A program made the translations under genes and the position numbers. Under the pieces are notes generated by a model, which did no database searches, was not told the origin of the DNA, and worked only from the letters and a program-made list of their open reading frames with translations. A stretch of DNA of 64,000 nt from Bdellovibrio sp. (lineage in GTDB: Bacteria; Bdellovibrionota; Bdellovibrionia; Bdellovibrionales; Bdellovibrionaceae), in assembly GCA_014376435.1 (NCBI GenBank), contig JACMRL010000022.1, positions 44,634-108,633 of the forward strand, read 5' to 3'. Shown one piece after another: positions 1-8,723 of this stretch (positions within the stretch are counted from its first letter, which is position 1; each line of letters opens with the position of its first letter).

Positions 1-187
1 GTCCTGCGCCCGCGGTTAATACTTGTCCCATAATTACTTCATCAATTTCGTTGGCCGAAACATTCGCTTTTTCAAGAGCAGACTTAATTGCAATTGCGCC
101 TAATTTAGTTGCGGGTAAAGTTGAAAGTGATCCCATAAATGCGCCGACGGGTGTGCGTGCGGCCGAAACGATGACGACTTTTTCCAT
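1..187 (-). CDS. acetyl-CoA C-acetyltransferase (thiolase), N-terminal part; gene runs off the window start
   Basis: Reverse-strand translation from the ATG at 187..185 gives [62 protein letters not shown], a canonical thiolase N-terminus. It is absent from the ORF track because it is open-ended. Confidence 0.85.
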   Translation of the reverse strand, partial: MEKVVIVSAARTPVGAFMGSLSTLPATKLGAIAIKSALEKANVSANEIDEVIMGQVLTAGAG

Positions 188-328
188 AAAAATGACTCCT
201 TAAAAAAATGAATATTTGAAGACTGTCAGCTTAACCGGTTTTTAGGATGATAGTCAGTCGCGGAAACGCTGTTACGCTAGCCGCAAAACCAGTTGACTAT
301 TTAATTGGAATCACACAATGGTGGTTCT

Positions 329-1201
329 ATGGCAAAAACAAAACCAGCACTAAAATCACATACTAAAGCTAAACCAGTTAAGGTTGCTAAAAAAGACAAC
401 AAAAAGCCCATCAAAAAGCCTGCTGTTGTAGCAAAAAAAGCAGCACCAGTTAAGACGCAAAAAGTCGTAACTAAGCCTGCTCCTAAAAAAGTTGAGCCTA
501 AAAAAGAAAAAGAAGTCAAAAAAGTTGCACCTATCGCTGTTAAAAATAACGCGAAGGCTAGCGAAAAAGTGATCGAAAAGCCCATCTCAAAAGTGGCAGT
601 GAAGCCAGTTGCAAAACCAATGAAGGCTGAAACTAAAGCAAAATCAAAAATTAAGAAGCCGGAAAAGAAAACGGAAGAAGACTTTGATGACGTGGTGATC
701 GGTGATGATTTTGGCGAAAGTGAAATTGCTGAATACGAAGACGACTTAAAAGCCGTAGAAGACGACGACGATGATACAAACTTAGAAATCACCGATGACG
801 ATGAAACCGAAGAAAAAGATGAAGAAATCTATTTAACAGATTCTGAGGGACGCAGATTATGCCGCGTACGTGATTGTGACCAAGTATCAAATGTTGAAGG
901 CTACTGCCGCTACCATTATTTATTATTATGGAAAAAAATCCAGATTCGTAAGCACATCTTAATTGATACGAAGCTTGAAAAGTATATCGAAGATTTAATG
1001 GCTCGCTATCCAGATAAATTCTTAGACGTGATCAAAAAAGATCTTAAATCAGAGAAAGACTTCTTATCAGTTATCCAAGAGATGGAACTTGATGAAAATG
1101 CTTTGGCTGAAAACGACGACGAAAATGAAGTGCAATCATTCGCGGATGAAATTCGTGGTATTGGTGATGCGCCAAGCATGGAAGACGATAGCGATTTCTA
1201 G
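329..1201 (+). CDS. hypothetical protein with a Lys/Ala/Pro-rich basic N-terminal region, an acidic tract and a Cys/His motif
   Basis: ORF 305..1201. An in-frame ATG at 329 (MAKTKPALK) is the more plausible start than the TTG at 305. Composition and the motif CRVRDCDQVSNVEGYCRYHY were read from the translation. A hairpin terminator follows. Confidence 0.6.
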   Translation: MAKTKPALKSHTKAKPVKVAKKDNKKPIKKPAVVAKKAAPVKTQKVVTKPAPKKVEPKKEKEVKKVAPIAVKNNAKASEKVIEKPISKVAVKPVAKPMKAETKAKSKIKKPEKKTEEDFDDVVIGDDFGESEIAEYEDDLKAVEDDDDDTNLEITDDDETEEKDEEIYLTDSEGRRLCRVRDCDQVSNVEGYCRYHYLLLWKKIQIRKHILIDTKLEKYIEDLMARYPDKFLDVIKKDLKSEKDFLSVIQEMELDENALAENDDENEVQSFADEIRGIGDAPSMEDDSDF

Positions 1202-1224
1202 TTTTTAAATTTAAATTAAGAAAT

Positions 1225-1255
1225 AAAAAAGGACTCATCAATGAGTCCTTTTTTA
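1225..1255. terminator. bidirectional intrinsic terminator between convergent genes
   Basis: The stem AGGACTCAT (1230..1238) pairs with ATGAGTCCT (1241..1249). An A-run lies upstream and a T-run downstream, so it can function on both strands. Confidence 0.7.
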
Positions 1256-1277
1256 TTTTAGAATGTATTAAATCTAA

Positions 1278-2588
1278 TTACTCGCACGAAGTATTCATCG
1301 CGACGCCGGCAAAGTGACCATCTAAGTCTAAATCAAGTTGTAATTTTCCAGAGCGACATGCGTTTTGTAAAGTAGCTGCCGCGAAAGCTGCGTTTGCTTT
1401 TAATGAAGCGTAATCAGCATCAGTCATCATGGTTTCTTTTTTCATAAATGATTTCATCGAATCAGACGCTAGGTCTGCATTCAATTTTAATAATTTATGG
1501 TAAGTCTCAGGGTTAAAATGCGCTAAACCCGCTAGTAAGCCCGCAGTTTTTAAATGATTCGGGCGATTCACGCCGCAGTCATTATCTTTCATCATCATCG
1601 CCCGTGCCTTGATTGCGCCTTTAGCCGTGATTTCTTCCGGGGTCATTTTGCCTGCATGTTTTACTTCTCCAGCTTCCACATAGTAAAACTCTTCCGTGTA
1701 ATGAATATTACCGAAACGATCACTTTGATTCATTAATGTGTCTAATAAGATCATGTCGGCCACGTTTTTCATTTGTAAAACTTTTTGCACGTTAGCCACT
1801 TCAAAACGATTTGAAACCAAAATATTCGCAGGCTTACTACTTTTTAGTATTTGATAAATAGGGCTTTTATCACGAAAGTTAACCGCGCGCGCGGCTTGAT
1901 CCGCTCCACCAAAAAACATATCAGTGTATTTTTCTTCTTTATTTGGATTTTTTTGTAAAGCTCCGTAGCTTTGTTTAAAATCATCCGTCATCATCAAATC
2001 GCGCTTTGGACTGGTCGAGCCCGGACTTAAAAAGCTAAGTAAGCTTCCCCAGGTTTGCGCGATCAATGAGGCACCTTGTTTTTTTGCCGCTAATTCAGCA
2101 ATCGTTTTTTTACCGATGGCCGTATGTCTTTGAACATCCATCGTACGTAGTACAGAAACCGGCACTTGATTAACGTCACCTAAAAGACGAGATAAATGAT
2201 AGTAACCCAAGATTGAAGGCGTGTAGCTGCAGCTGGTACTTAATTTATATTTCGTTAACATTTTAGATTCAGGAACATCACAAGATTTTGCCTCAACTTG
2301 CGCCGCAGTCATGCCTTCAGGAATCGAATAAAATTCAACCGCAGGATTTGTACTTGCCGTTTTGCCACAAGCGGCCACGGTTGCGGCCGAGCCGTTAATA
2401 TCATAAGAGCAAAGAGTTTGCTCAAGCTGCAAATCTTTTTTTGAATATTCACCCCCAGATAATTTACTAGGGATCACACAAATTTCACCCGCACTACGGG
2501 CAATAATTTGTTCCCCGCGGGGTAATGAAGGAGTCAGGGTGGCCATTGCCACCGGCGCAATCAATAGGATAAGGGATGCTTTCAACAT
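1278..2588 (-). CDS. secreted hypothetical protein, possible atypical (Fam20-like) kinase fold
   Basis: 436-aa ORF with signal peptide MLKASLILLIAPVAMA and 8 Cys. The motifs ILLDTLMNQSDRFGN and MKDNDCG resemble kinase catalytic and metal-binding loops. The functional call is weak. Confidence 0.3.
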   Translation of the reverse strand: MLKASLILLIAPVAMATLTPSLPRGEQIIARSAGEICVIPSKLSGGEYSKKDLQLEQTLCSYDINGSAATVAACGKTASTNPAVEFYSIPEGMTAAQVEAKSCDVPESKMLTKYKLSTSCSYTPSILGYYHLSRLLGDVNQVPVSVLRTMDVQRHTAIGKKTIAELAAKKQGASLIAQTWGSLLSFLSPGSTSPKRDLMMTDDFKQSYGALQKNPNKEEKYTDMFFGGADQAARAVNFRDKSPIYQILKSSKPANILVSNRFEVANVQKVLQMKNVADMILLDTLMNQSDRFGNIHYTEEFYYVEAGEVKHAGKMTPEEITAKGAIKARAMMMKDNDCGVNRPNHLKTAGLLAGLAHFNPETYHKLLKLNADLASDSMKSFMKKETMMTDADYASLKANAAFAAATLQNACRSGKLQLDLDLDGHFAGVAMNTSCE

Positions 2589-2790
2589 AGTTCCGCCTTT
2601 GTAGTATGTGTTTACAAAGGAGTTTTAAGCGAAATGCGTTCCAAGCGGAGAAGGCTTAGGGCATAGGTTTGTTAGCTTTTGGTGTCAAAAAGTTGGTCTG
2701 TGGGACGATTCAGGGCTTATTTATCGGACATCATTAATATTGCGGAGATAAGCTAATAAGGCATTTAATTAAATTTATTTGAAAAAATAT

Positions 2791-3108
2791 CTAGTCGCCG
2801 CCTAAGATACATTTTGTCTCAGCAAGTACAGTTGTGATCATTCCGTTATCACAGGCAAACATAAATCCGATATCGCTGTTTGGTTTTTGGTAGGAACCTT
2901 CAACGATGACACTATGTTGGGTCATGCCGTAGATGTTGTACCAATTTGCATAAGCTTGTGTGTCACCCGTGCAGTAAGCGTGAGGAACTTCAAACTGTTC
3001 TACTTCGCCCAAGCCACATGACGTAATCGTTTGGAAAGTATAGTTGTTATTAGCGGCGAATACGTTTAAAGACGCGCACATAATAAGTAAAGCAGTTAGT
3101 TTTTTCAT
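2791..3108 (-). CDS. small secreted hypothetical protein
   Basis: 105-aa ORF with N-terminal signal peptide MKKLTALLIMCASLNVFA and 5 Cys. Confidence 0.5.
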   Translation of the reverse strand: MKKLTALLIMCASLNVFAANNNYTFQTITSCGLGEVEQFEVPHAYCTGDTQAYANWYNIYGMTQHSVIVEGSYQKPNSDIGFMFACDNGMITTVLAETKCILGGD

Positions 3109-3233
3109 TTTTTTTCCTTTGTTTAATTTTGGAATTAGCTAAACCTGCTTTTAATGCCATTTACTTTAGTTTTCAAGTCTCTGGGGACTTCTTGACGTAA
3201 TCTTAATTTTAAAAATTGATCATTTCTAATAGG

Positions 3234-3986
3234 CTAGCGTTCGCCCCAAACAGCGAAAATATCATAGTCTGTAAAAAATGCAGTAGCTAAACCTTTCGTA
3301 ACTCCGACCAAGTATATTTTCCCCTGAATAGTCGCAAATAAAGGGGCGCCACTGTCTCCGGGTGCCACGCGCGAAATTGACTGAGACTGTGCCGAGTATT
3401 TAGAAAAAGTCATTTGATTTAAGTAAGCGAATTGTTTCGTATCATTGGTGTTAATGTATTCAATCGGATTCACACTCACGAGCAGTGGGTTCATTAAATT
3501 AATTCCTTGAATCGATTGTTTCCAAATATTTGCGAAAATAAAATCGGTAGGTAAAGTTAACGGAGTATTTAATCTAACAAATGCGAAATCACTTCCGGGT
3601 GGAATTTTGTTCGCGACAGAGCCAAAATCAATTCCTTTCATAAATTTAACAGTAACTTTAGATTCATGACGTAAAATAGTGATGTAGCCGCTGCGATAAG
3701 TTGTCCCATCTGGACGGGTTCGCGTTTGGTATTCCCCGATTTCAATTTTTATTTTTCCCATGTAATTTAAAGTAGAATTAGTTACGCAGTGGGCGGCGGT
3801 AACAACGGTGTCGTTAGAGATTAAAGTGCCGACGCAATAGCCATCGATGATATCACCATCGGGAGTGGGTCCCGGAATTTTTAATTGAACAACTGATTGC
3901 CAACTTTTATCTACGGCAGGGCTTGCGGGTAATAATGCAAAGGCATTTGCGCAGAGCAAAGAAATTAAAATTAGTGAAATTTTCAT
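3234..3986 (-). CDS. trypsin-like serine protease (S1 family), secreted
   Basis: Has a signal peptide, the His motif VVTAAHC, Asp in DFAFVRL and the Ser motif GDSGAPLF. Confidence 0.85.
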   Translation of the reverse strand: MKISLILISLLCANAFALLPASPAVDKSWQSVVQLKIPGPTPDGDIIDGYCVGTLISNDTVVTAAHCVTNSTLNYMGKIKIEIGEYQTRTRPDGTTYRSGYITILRHESKVTVKFMKGIDFGSVANKIPPGSDFAFVRLNTPLTLPTDFIFANIWKQSIQGINLMNPLLVSVNPIEYINTNDTKQFAYLNQMTFSKYSAQSQSISRVAPGDSGAPLFATIQGKIYLVGVTKGLATAFFTDYDIFAVWGER

Positions 3987-4076
3987 TCGGACCTTTCGTT
4001 AAGTGCTAGATAACGATCAGTCGAAAACAGGGTGGGTTCAACAAAGAAGTGATTAACGCAAAAGAACTAAAGAGGA

Positions 4077-4667
4077 TTAATGCAAATCGTCTTTTTTCTT
4101 TTTACGTCCGCCAAAAATTTGCGGAGTCTTCGTATCAATCTCTTCTTCTTCGGTCATAGGTTCATCATCTTCGGCAGTTTCTAAGCCTAAATCTTCCATT
4201 TGTTCGGCGGTTTCCTTAAGCAGTGCAGCTTCGTTTTCTAAACCGAGTAAACGATTTGCTTCCTCTTCTAAATCTGGATTTACGCTGGAGTATTGCAGCC
4301 AAAGTTTTTGTTTTTCGAATGGGTATTCTTGCCAAACGAAAGGCATTTCGTGACCTTCTTCGTTCTCGAAATATTCAACCATGAGGCTTGCAATCGCATC
4401 TACGGCAATATGAATTTGGGAGATCGCATCTTGTTTAATTTTAGAGTGATCCAGCGAAACTTCGAAGTTTTGATAACGTAATTCGCCAGGGCGGTTAATC
4501 CCAACGCGCAGCAGTATTTCATTTTGGTAAATGCGGCCCTGAACTAGGAGTTTTTTACCATCAAGTTGAGTTTTAAAATTTCCTTCAAAAACGGTTTTAA
4601 TTTGAGTAGAAAATTCTTTTGGCAGGTCGGTCCACTTTTTAGACTCTTTTTTACGCGGAATCATCAT
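4077..4667 (-). CDS. hypothetical protein with an acidic C-terminal half
   Basis: 196-aa ORF divergent from miaB. No motif recognised. Confidence 0.5.
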   Translation of the reverse strand: MMIPRKKESKKWTDLPKEFSTQIKTVFEGNFKTQLDGKKLLVQGRIYQNEILLRVGINRPGELRYQNFEVSLDHSKIKQDAISQIHIAVDAIASLMVEYFENEEGHEMPFVWQEYPFEKQKLWLQYSSVNPDLEEEANRLLGLENEAALLKETAEQMEDLGLETAEDDEPMTEEEEIDTKTPQIFGGRKKKKDDLH

Positions 4668-4771
4668 AAGTACCCTTTAGCGCCCAATAAAAAGAGGGCT
4701 TTTGTTGACTGAAATAAGAGATGTTTCTATAACTCAAAAACGCTTCGCTACACAATGGGAAAAATCAAAAA

Positions 4772-6145
4772 ATGCTAGAAACCACGATCGACTCTGAAAT
4801 GAATTTCTTAAGACCCCAATTTGATCAAGATCTAGGAAAAGGCCGCGGCGTCTACATCTCAACTTACGGCTGCCAGATGAATGTCAATGATACCGAGCGC
4901 ATGTACTCGCTTTTAGAAATGGCCAATTTTTCTGTGGTGCAAACGCCGCAAGAAGCTTCGATTATTATTATTAATGCATGTTCCATCCGTGAAAAACCAG
5001 TTCACAAAGTTTATTCTGAAGTGGGCACTTACCGGAAACTAAAAGAAAAAAATCCAGATATTAAAATAGGCGTTGGCGGTTGCGTCGGTCAGCAAGAAAA
5101 AGACAAGTTGATGAAAACTCAGCCCATGATTGATTTTGTTTTTGGTACTGACAATATTGATACGCTTCCAACTTTAGTGGCCGAAGCTTACAACACGGGT
5201 GCAAAACTTGTGGATGCAAAGTTCGCACATAAGGCTCCGTATCACGTAGAAACTTTAGTTCGTAATCCGGGGATTTCAACTTTTGTAAATATCACCAAAG
5301 GTTGCGATAACTTTTGTAGCTTTTGTATCGTGCCGTTTACCCGTGGTCGTGAAAAATCGCGCCCAATCAATCATATTTTGATGGACATACGTACGTTAGT
5401 AAATCGCGGCGTAAAAGAAGTAACGCTTTTAGGTCAGAACGTAAATTCATACGAATCTGAAGGTGGAATTGATTTCGCCGATTTATTAAAAGCGGTGGCA
5501 ACCCAAACTGATATTCAGCGCGTTCGTTACACAACTCCGCATCCAAAAGATTTTAATGATAAATTATTTAATGTCTTAGCGGACCACCAAGATAAAATCG
5601 GCGAGTACGCGCATATGCCAGTGCAAAGTGGTAATTCACGTATTTTGCAAAGAATGAATCGTGGTTACACGCGTGAAGAGTATGTTGAAAAAATTAATCG
5701 CATGAAAGAATTAATTCCAAATCTAGTTTTATCGACTGACATCATCGTGGGTTTTCCGGGCGAGACCGAAGAAGAATTTCAAGATACCATGTCACTGGTG
5801 CACGAAGTAGGTTTTGAAACAATCTACGCTTACGTTTATTCTCCACGCCCTTTTACCAAAGCTGCGGAATTTACGGATCAAGTACCGGAAGATGTTAAAA
5901 GCGAGCGCTTAAACCGTTTATTCGATTCACACGAAGCCATGGCTTTTCCATTAGCGAAAAAATATGAAGGCCAAGTTTTAAATGTTTTAGTTGAAAAAAT
6001 TAACGACCAAGGCAAAGCGCAAGGCCGAAGTACACAAAACAAATTAGTTTACTTCATGGGTTCCGAAAGTCTGATCGGCCAGACGGTTCCGGTCAAAGTA
6101 ACTCAAGCTTTTCCAAACACCATCCGCGGAGAATTAGTTCTATGA
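4772..6145 (+). CDS. miaB: tRNA-2-methylthio-N6-dimethylallyladenosine synthase (radical SAM methylthiotransferase)
   Basis: Has an N-terminal UPF0004 Cys triad context (YGCQMN, INACSIR, GGCVGQ), the radical-SAM CDNFCSFCIVP motif and a C-terminal TRAM-like region. 457 aa. Confidence 0.9.
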   Translation: MLETTIDSEMNFLRPQFDQDLGKGRGVYISTYGCQMNVNDTERMYSLLEMANFSVVQTPQEASIIIINACSIREKPVHKVYSEVGTYRKLKEKNPDIKIGVGGCVGQQEKDKLMKTQPMIDFVFGTDNIDTLPTLVAEAYNTGAKLVDAKFAHKAPYHVETLVRNPGISTFVNITKGCDNFCSFCIVPFTRGREKSRPINHILMDIRTLVNRGVKEVTLLGQNVNSYESEGGIDFADLLKAVATQTDIQRVRYTTPHPKDFNDKLFNVLADHQDKIGEYAHMPVQSGNSRILQRMNRGYTREEYVEKINRMKELIPNLVLSTDIIVGFPGETEEEFQDTMSLVHEVGFETIYAYVYSPRPFTKAAEFTDQVPEDVKSERLNRLFDSHEAMAFPLAKKYEGQVLNVLVEKINDQGKAQGRSTQNKLVYFMGSESLIGQTVPVKVTQAFPNTIRGELVL

Positions 6146-6681
6146 TGATGACACCTGATTTTTTATTTTCAAAACCTCAAGACGAGCGCGTCGATTTCAC
6201 GGAAAAAGATTTGCTCTTGATGGTTCCTTACGGACTTTCATTATCAAACGGCACCGATCGCCCTTTTTTAATTCTAAAAGACGAAGCGGGGGAAGAGACC
6301 TTACCGGTAGCGATTAATTCGTTAGAAGCGGGTGCGACCTTAACTCAATCCGCGCAAAACAGCGTGCCCGTGAGTTTACATAAGTTTTCTGAAAGTTTAT
6401 TAATTAGTCTTGATATCAAACTTGAACGCTGTGTATTCGTCGAAATCAAAGGCGTACACCAGTACGTTCGTATCTACATGAAGAATCACCCACGCTATAC
6501 GAGTTTAAAATTTCGTGCGGACGAAGTGATGAGTTTATGTATTCAATTAAAAATTCCGATCTACGCAACTCGTAATTTCATTGGCCGCTCAAAAGTGATG
6601 AGTGCGGAAATTACTGAAATCGCGCAAGAGCTTTCTTCGCATCCGTTAGCGACGGCAAAAACTAATAATTACTTGATGTAG
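6142..6681 (+). CDS. bifunctional nuclease (BFN/DUF151) family protein
   Basis: ATGA overlap with the miaB stop. The segment PFLILKDEAGEETLPVAINSLEAGATL matches the typical BFN-domain N-terminal pattern. Confidence 0.55.
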   Translation: MMMTPDFLFSKPQDERVDFTEKDLLLMVPYGLSLSNGTDRPFLILKDEAGEETLPVAINSLEAGATLTQSAQNSVPVSLHKFSESLLISLDIKLERCVFVEIKGVHQYVRIYMKNHPRYTSLKFRADEVMSLCIQLKIPIYATRNFIGRSKVMSAEITEIAQELSSHPLATAKTNNYLM

Positions 6682-6689
6682 GAGTATGC

Positions 6690-7193
6690 ATGGCGATCGT
6701 GACGGCTCGTGGATTTACTCCGAAATTAGGCGCAGATGTTTTTGTCGCTGACGGCGCACAGATTATCGCGAACGTTGAAATCGGCGAGCGCTCGTCAATC
6801 TGGTTCAATACAACCTTACGTGGTGATGTGATGCCGATTAAGATTGGCAAAGAAACTAATATTCAAGACGGAAGTGTACTGCACGGTACGTTCGGAAAAT
6901 TTGGCTGCGAAGTGGGTGATCGCGTGACGATTGGCCATTCCGTAATTTTGCATGGCTGTAAAATAGGCACGCGTTGTTTGATCGGGATGGGTTCCATCAT
7001 TATGGACGGAGCTGAAATCGGAGAGCATTCGGTGGTCGGCGCCGGAAGTTTAGTCACCGAGGGTAAAAAATTTCCACCGCGTTCGCTCATCGTGGGAAGA
7101 CCTGCCGTTTTTAAACGCGAACTGAACGAAGATGAATTAAAATTTTTGGAACAGTCCGCCGATAATTATCTTATGTACAAAACCTGGTACTAG
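6690..7193 (+). CDS. gamma-carbonic-anhydrase-like / hexapeptide-repeat (LbH) protein
   Basis: 167 aa. Left-handed beta-helix repeats with the conserved segments IRGD-like LRGDV, NIQDGSVLH and GHSVILHGC. Confidence 0.8.
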   Translation: MAIVTARGFTPKLGADVFVADGAQIIANVEIGERSSIWFNTTLRGDVMPIKIGKETNIQDGSVLHGTFGKFGCEVGDRVTIGHSVILHGCKIGTRCLIGMGSIIMDGAEIGEHSVVGAGSLVTEGKKFPPRSLIVGRPAVFKRELNEDELKFLEQSADNYLMYKTWY

Positions 7194-7235
7194 TTGTGTT
7201 AGCCTTGGTAAACAATTACCAAGGGAGAACTTTCA

Positions 7236-8705
7236 ATGAGTTCAGATCAGTCTCAGTTCGAGTTAGCACTCACATTTGACGATATATTACTAATTCCTCA
7301 GTACTCTGAAATTGTTCCGACCGAAGTAATTCCGAAAACTTTTTTTGCAAAAAATCTCTATTTAAATTCTCCATTAATTTCTGCCGCAATGGATACCGTG
7401 ACCGAGAATAAAATTGCTAGAATCATGTCGCAAAACGGTGGCTTAGGTATGATTCACAAAAATATGTCAATCGAAGCCCAAGCCTTCGAGGTTGAAAAAG
7501 TAAAAAAATACGAAAGCGGAATGATTCAAGATCCGATTACTTTATCTCCGGATCATTACGTCAGTGAAGCTTTAGAAATTATGGCGAAGTATTCAATTAG
7601 CGGCGTACCAATTACTTCTCAAGGAAAGCTGGTCGGTATTTTAACGAACCGTGATTTACGTTTCGAAACAAATATCAATCAACCGATTCGTCAGATCATG
7701 ACGAAAGAAAATTTAGTGACTACCGCAGAAGGTACGACTTTAGATCAAGCGAAAAAGATATTACAAAAACACCGTATTGAAAAATTACCCGTCGTAAATA
7801 AAGAGGGAATTCTAAAAGGCTTGATCACGATAAAAGATATCGAAAAAGCCGAAGCCTATCCGCAAGCGACGAAAGATTCGAAAGGTCGCCTGGTATCGGG
7901 TGCGGCGGTTGGCGTGGGCGGTGATTCTTTTGAAAGAGCTGAAGCATTACTAGCTGCCGGTGTTGACGTCATTTGTGTTGATACGGCTCATGGTCATTCT
8001 AAAAATGTCATTTTGATGGTGCAGCAAATCGCCGAAAAATATAAAGACGTGATCATCGTGGCGGGTAATGTGGTAACGAGTGAAGGTACGGAAGAACTGA
8101 TTAAAGCGGGCGCAGACGTTGTCAAAGTGGGCGTCGGTCCGGGCAGTATTTGTACAACGCGTGTAGTGGCCGGCGTCGGTGTTCCACAAATTTCGGCGAT
8201 TATAAAATGTGCGGGTACTGCAAAAAAATATGGTAAATCAATTATCGCCGATGGCGGCGTAAAATACTCTGGCGATATCACCAAAGCATTAGCGCTGGGT
8301 GCAAACACCGTGATGATCGGTAACTTACTGGCCGGGGCGGAAGAAGCTCCTGGTGAAACAATTTTATATCAAGGTCGTACATACAAAATGTATCGTGGGA
8401 TGGGTTCATTAGGCGCGATGGCGAAAGGGTCGAAAGATCGTTACGGCCAGCGTGACATCATGGATTTAGATAAATTAGTACCGGAAGGTATCGAAGGCAA
8501 AGTTCCGTACAAAGGAAATGCCAGCGGCATAATTCATCAGCTGATCGGTGGATTAAAATCAGGTATGGGATATATCGGCGCAAAAAATATTGATGAACTT
8601 CAACAGCGTGCGCGCTTTGTGCAAATCACGGGGCAGGGTTTGAAAGAATCGCACGTACACGATGTGAGTATTACCAAAGAAGCTCCGAACTATCGTTTAG
8701 AATAA
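7236..8705 (+). CDS. guaB: IMP dehydrogenase
   Basis: 489 aa with a CBS pair insert, the catalytic loop [11 protein letters not shown] and GGVKYSGD. Confidence 0.95.
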   Translation: MSSDQSQFELALTFDDILLIPQYSEIVPTEVIPKTFFAKNLYLNSPLISAAMDTVTENKIARIMSQNGGLGMIHKNMSIEAQAFEVEKVKKYESGMIQDPITLSPDHYVSEALEIMAKYSISGVPITSQGKLVGILTNRDLRFETNINQPIRQIMTKENLVTTAEGTTLDQAKKILQKHRIEKLPVVNKEGILKGLITIKDIEKAEAYPQATKDSKGRLVSGAAVGVGGDSFERAEALLAAGVDVICVDTAHGHSKNVILMVQQIAEKYKDVIIVAGNVVTSEGTEELIKAGADVVKVGVGPGSICTTRVVAGVGVPQISAIIKCAGTAKKYGKSIIADGGVKYSGDITKALALGANTVMIGNLLAGAEEAPGETILYQGRTYKMYRGMGSLGAMAKGSKDRYGQRDIMDLDKLVPEGIEGKVPYKGNASGIIHQLIGGLKSGMGYIGAKNIDELQQRARFVQITGQGLKESHVHDVSITKEAPNYRLE

Positions 8706-8723
8706 ATTTTTAGGGGAATTAAG

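Noticed and set aside
301-792. 163-aa Ser/Phe-rich ORF antisense to the 329..1201 gene
   Set aside because: It is the mirror image of the Lys/Glu-rich AAA/AAG/GAA codons of the sense gene. It has low complexity, no RBS and no plausible start context.
7950-8308. Two antisense ORFs (79 and 104 aa) inside guaB
   Set aside because: The guaB frame is unambiguous, so these are shadow ORFs.
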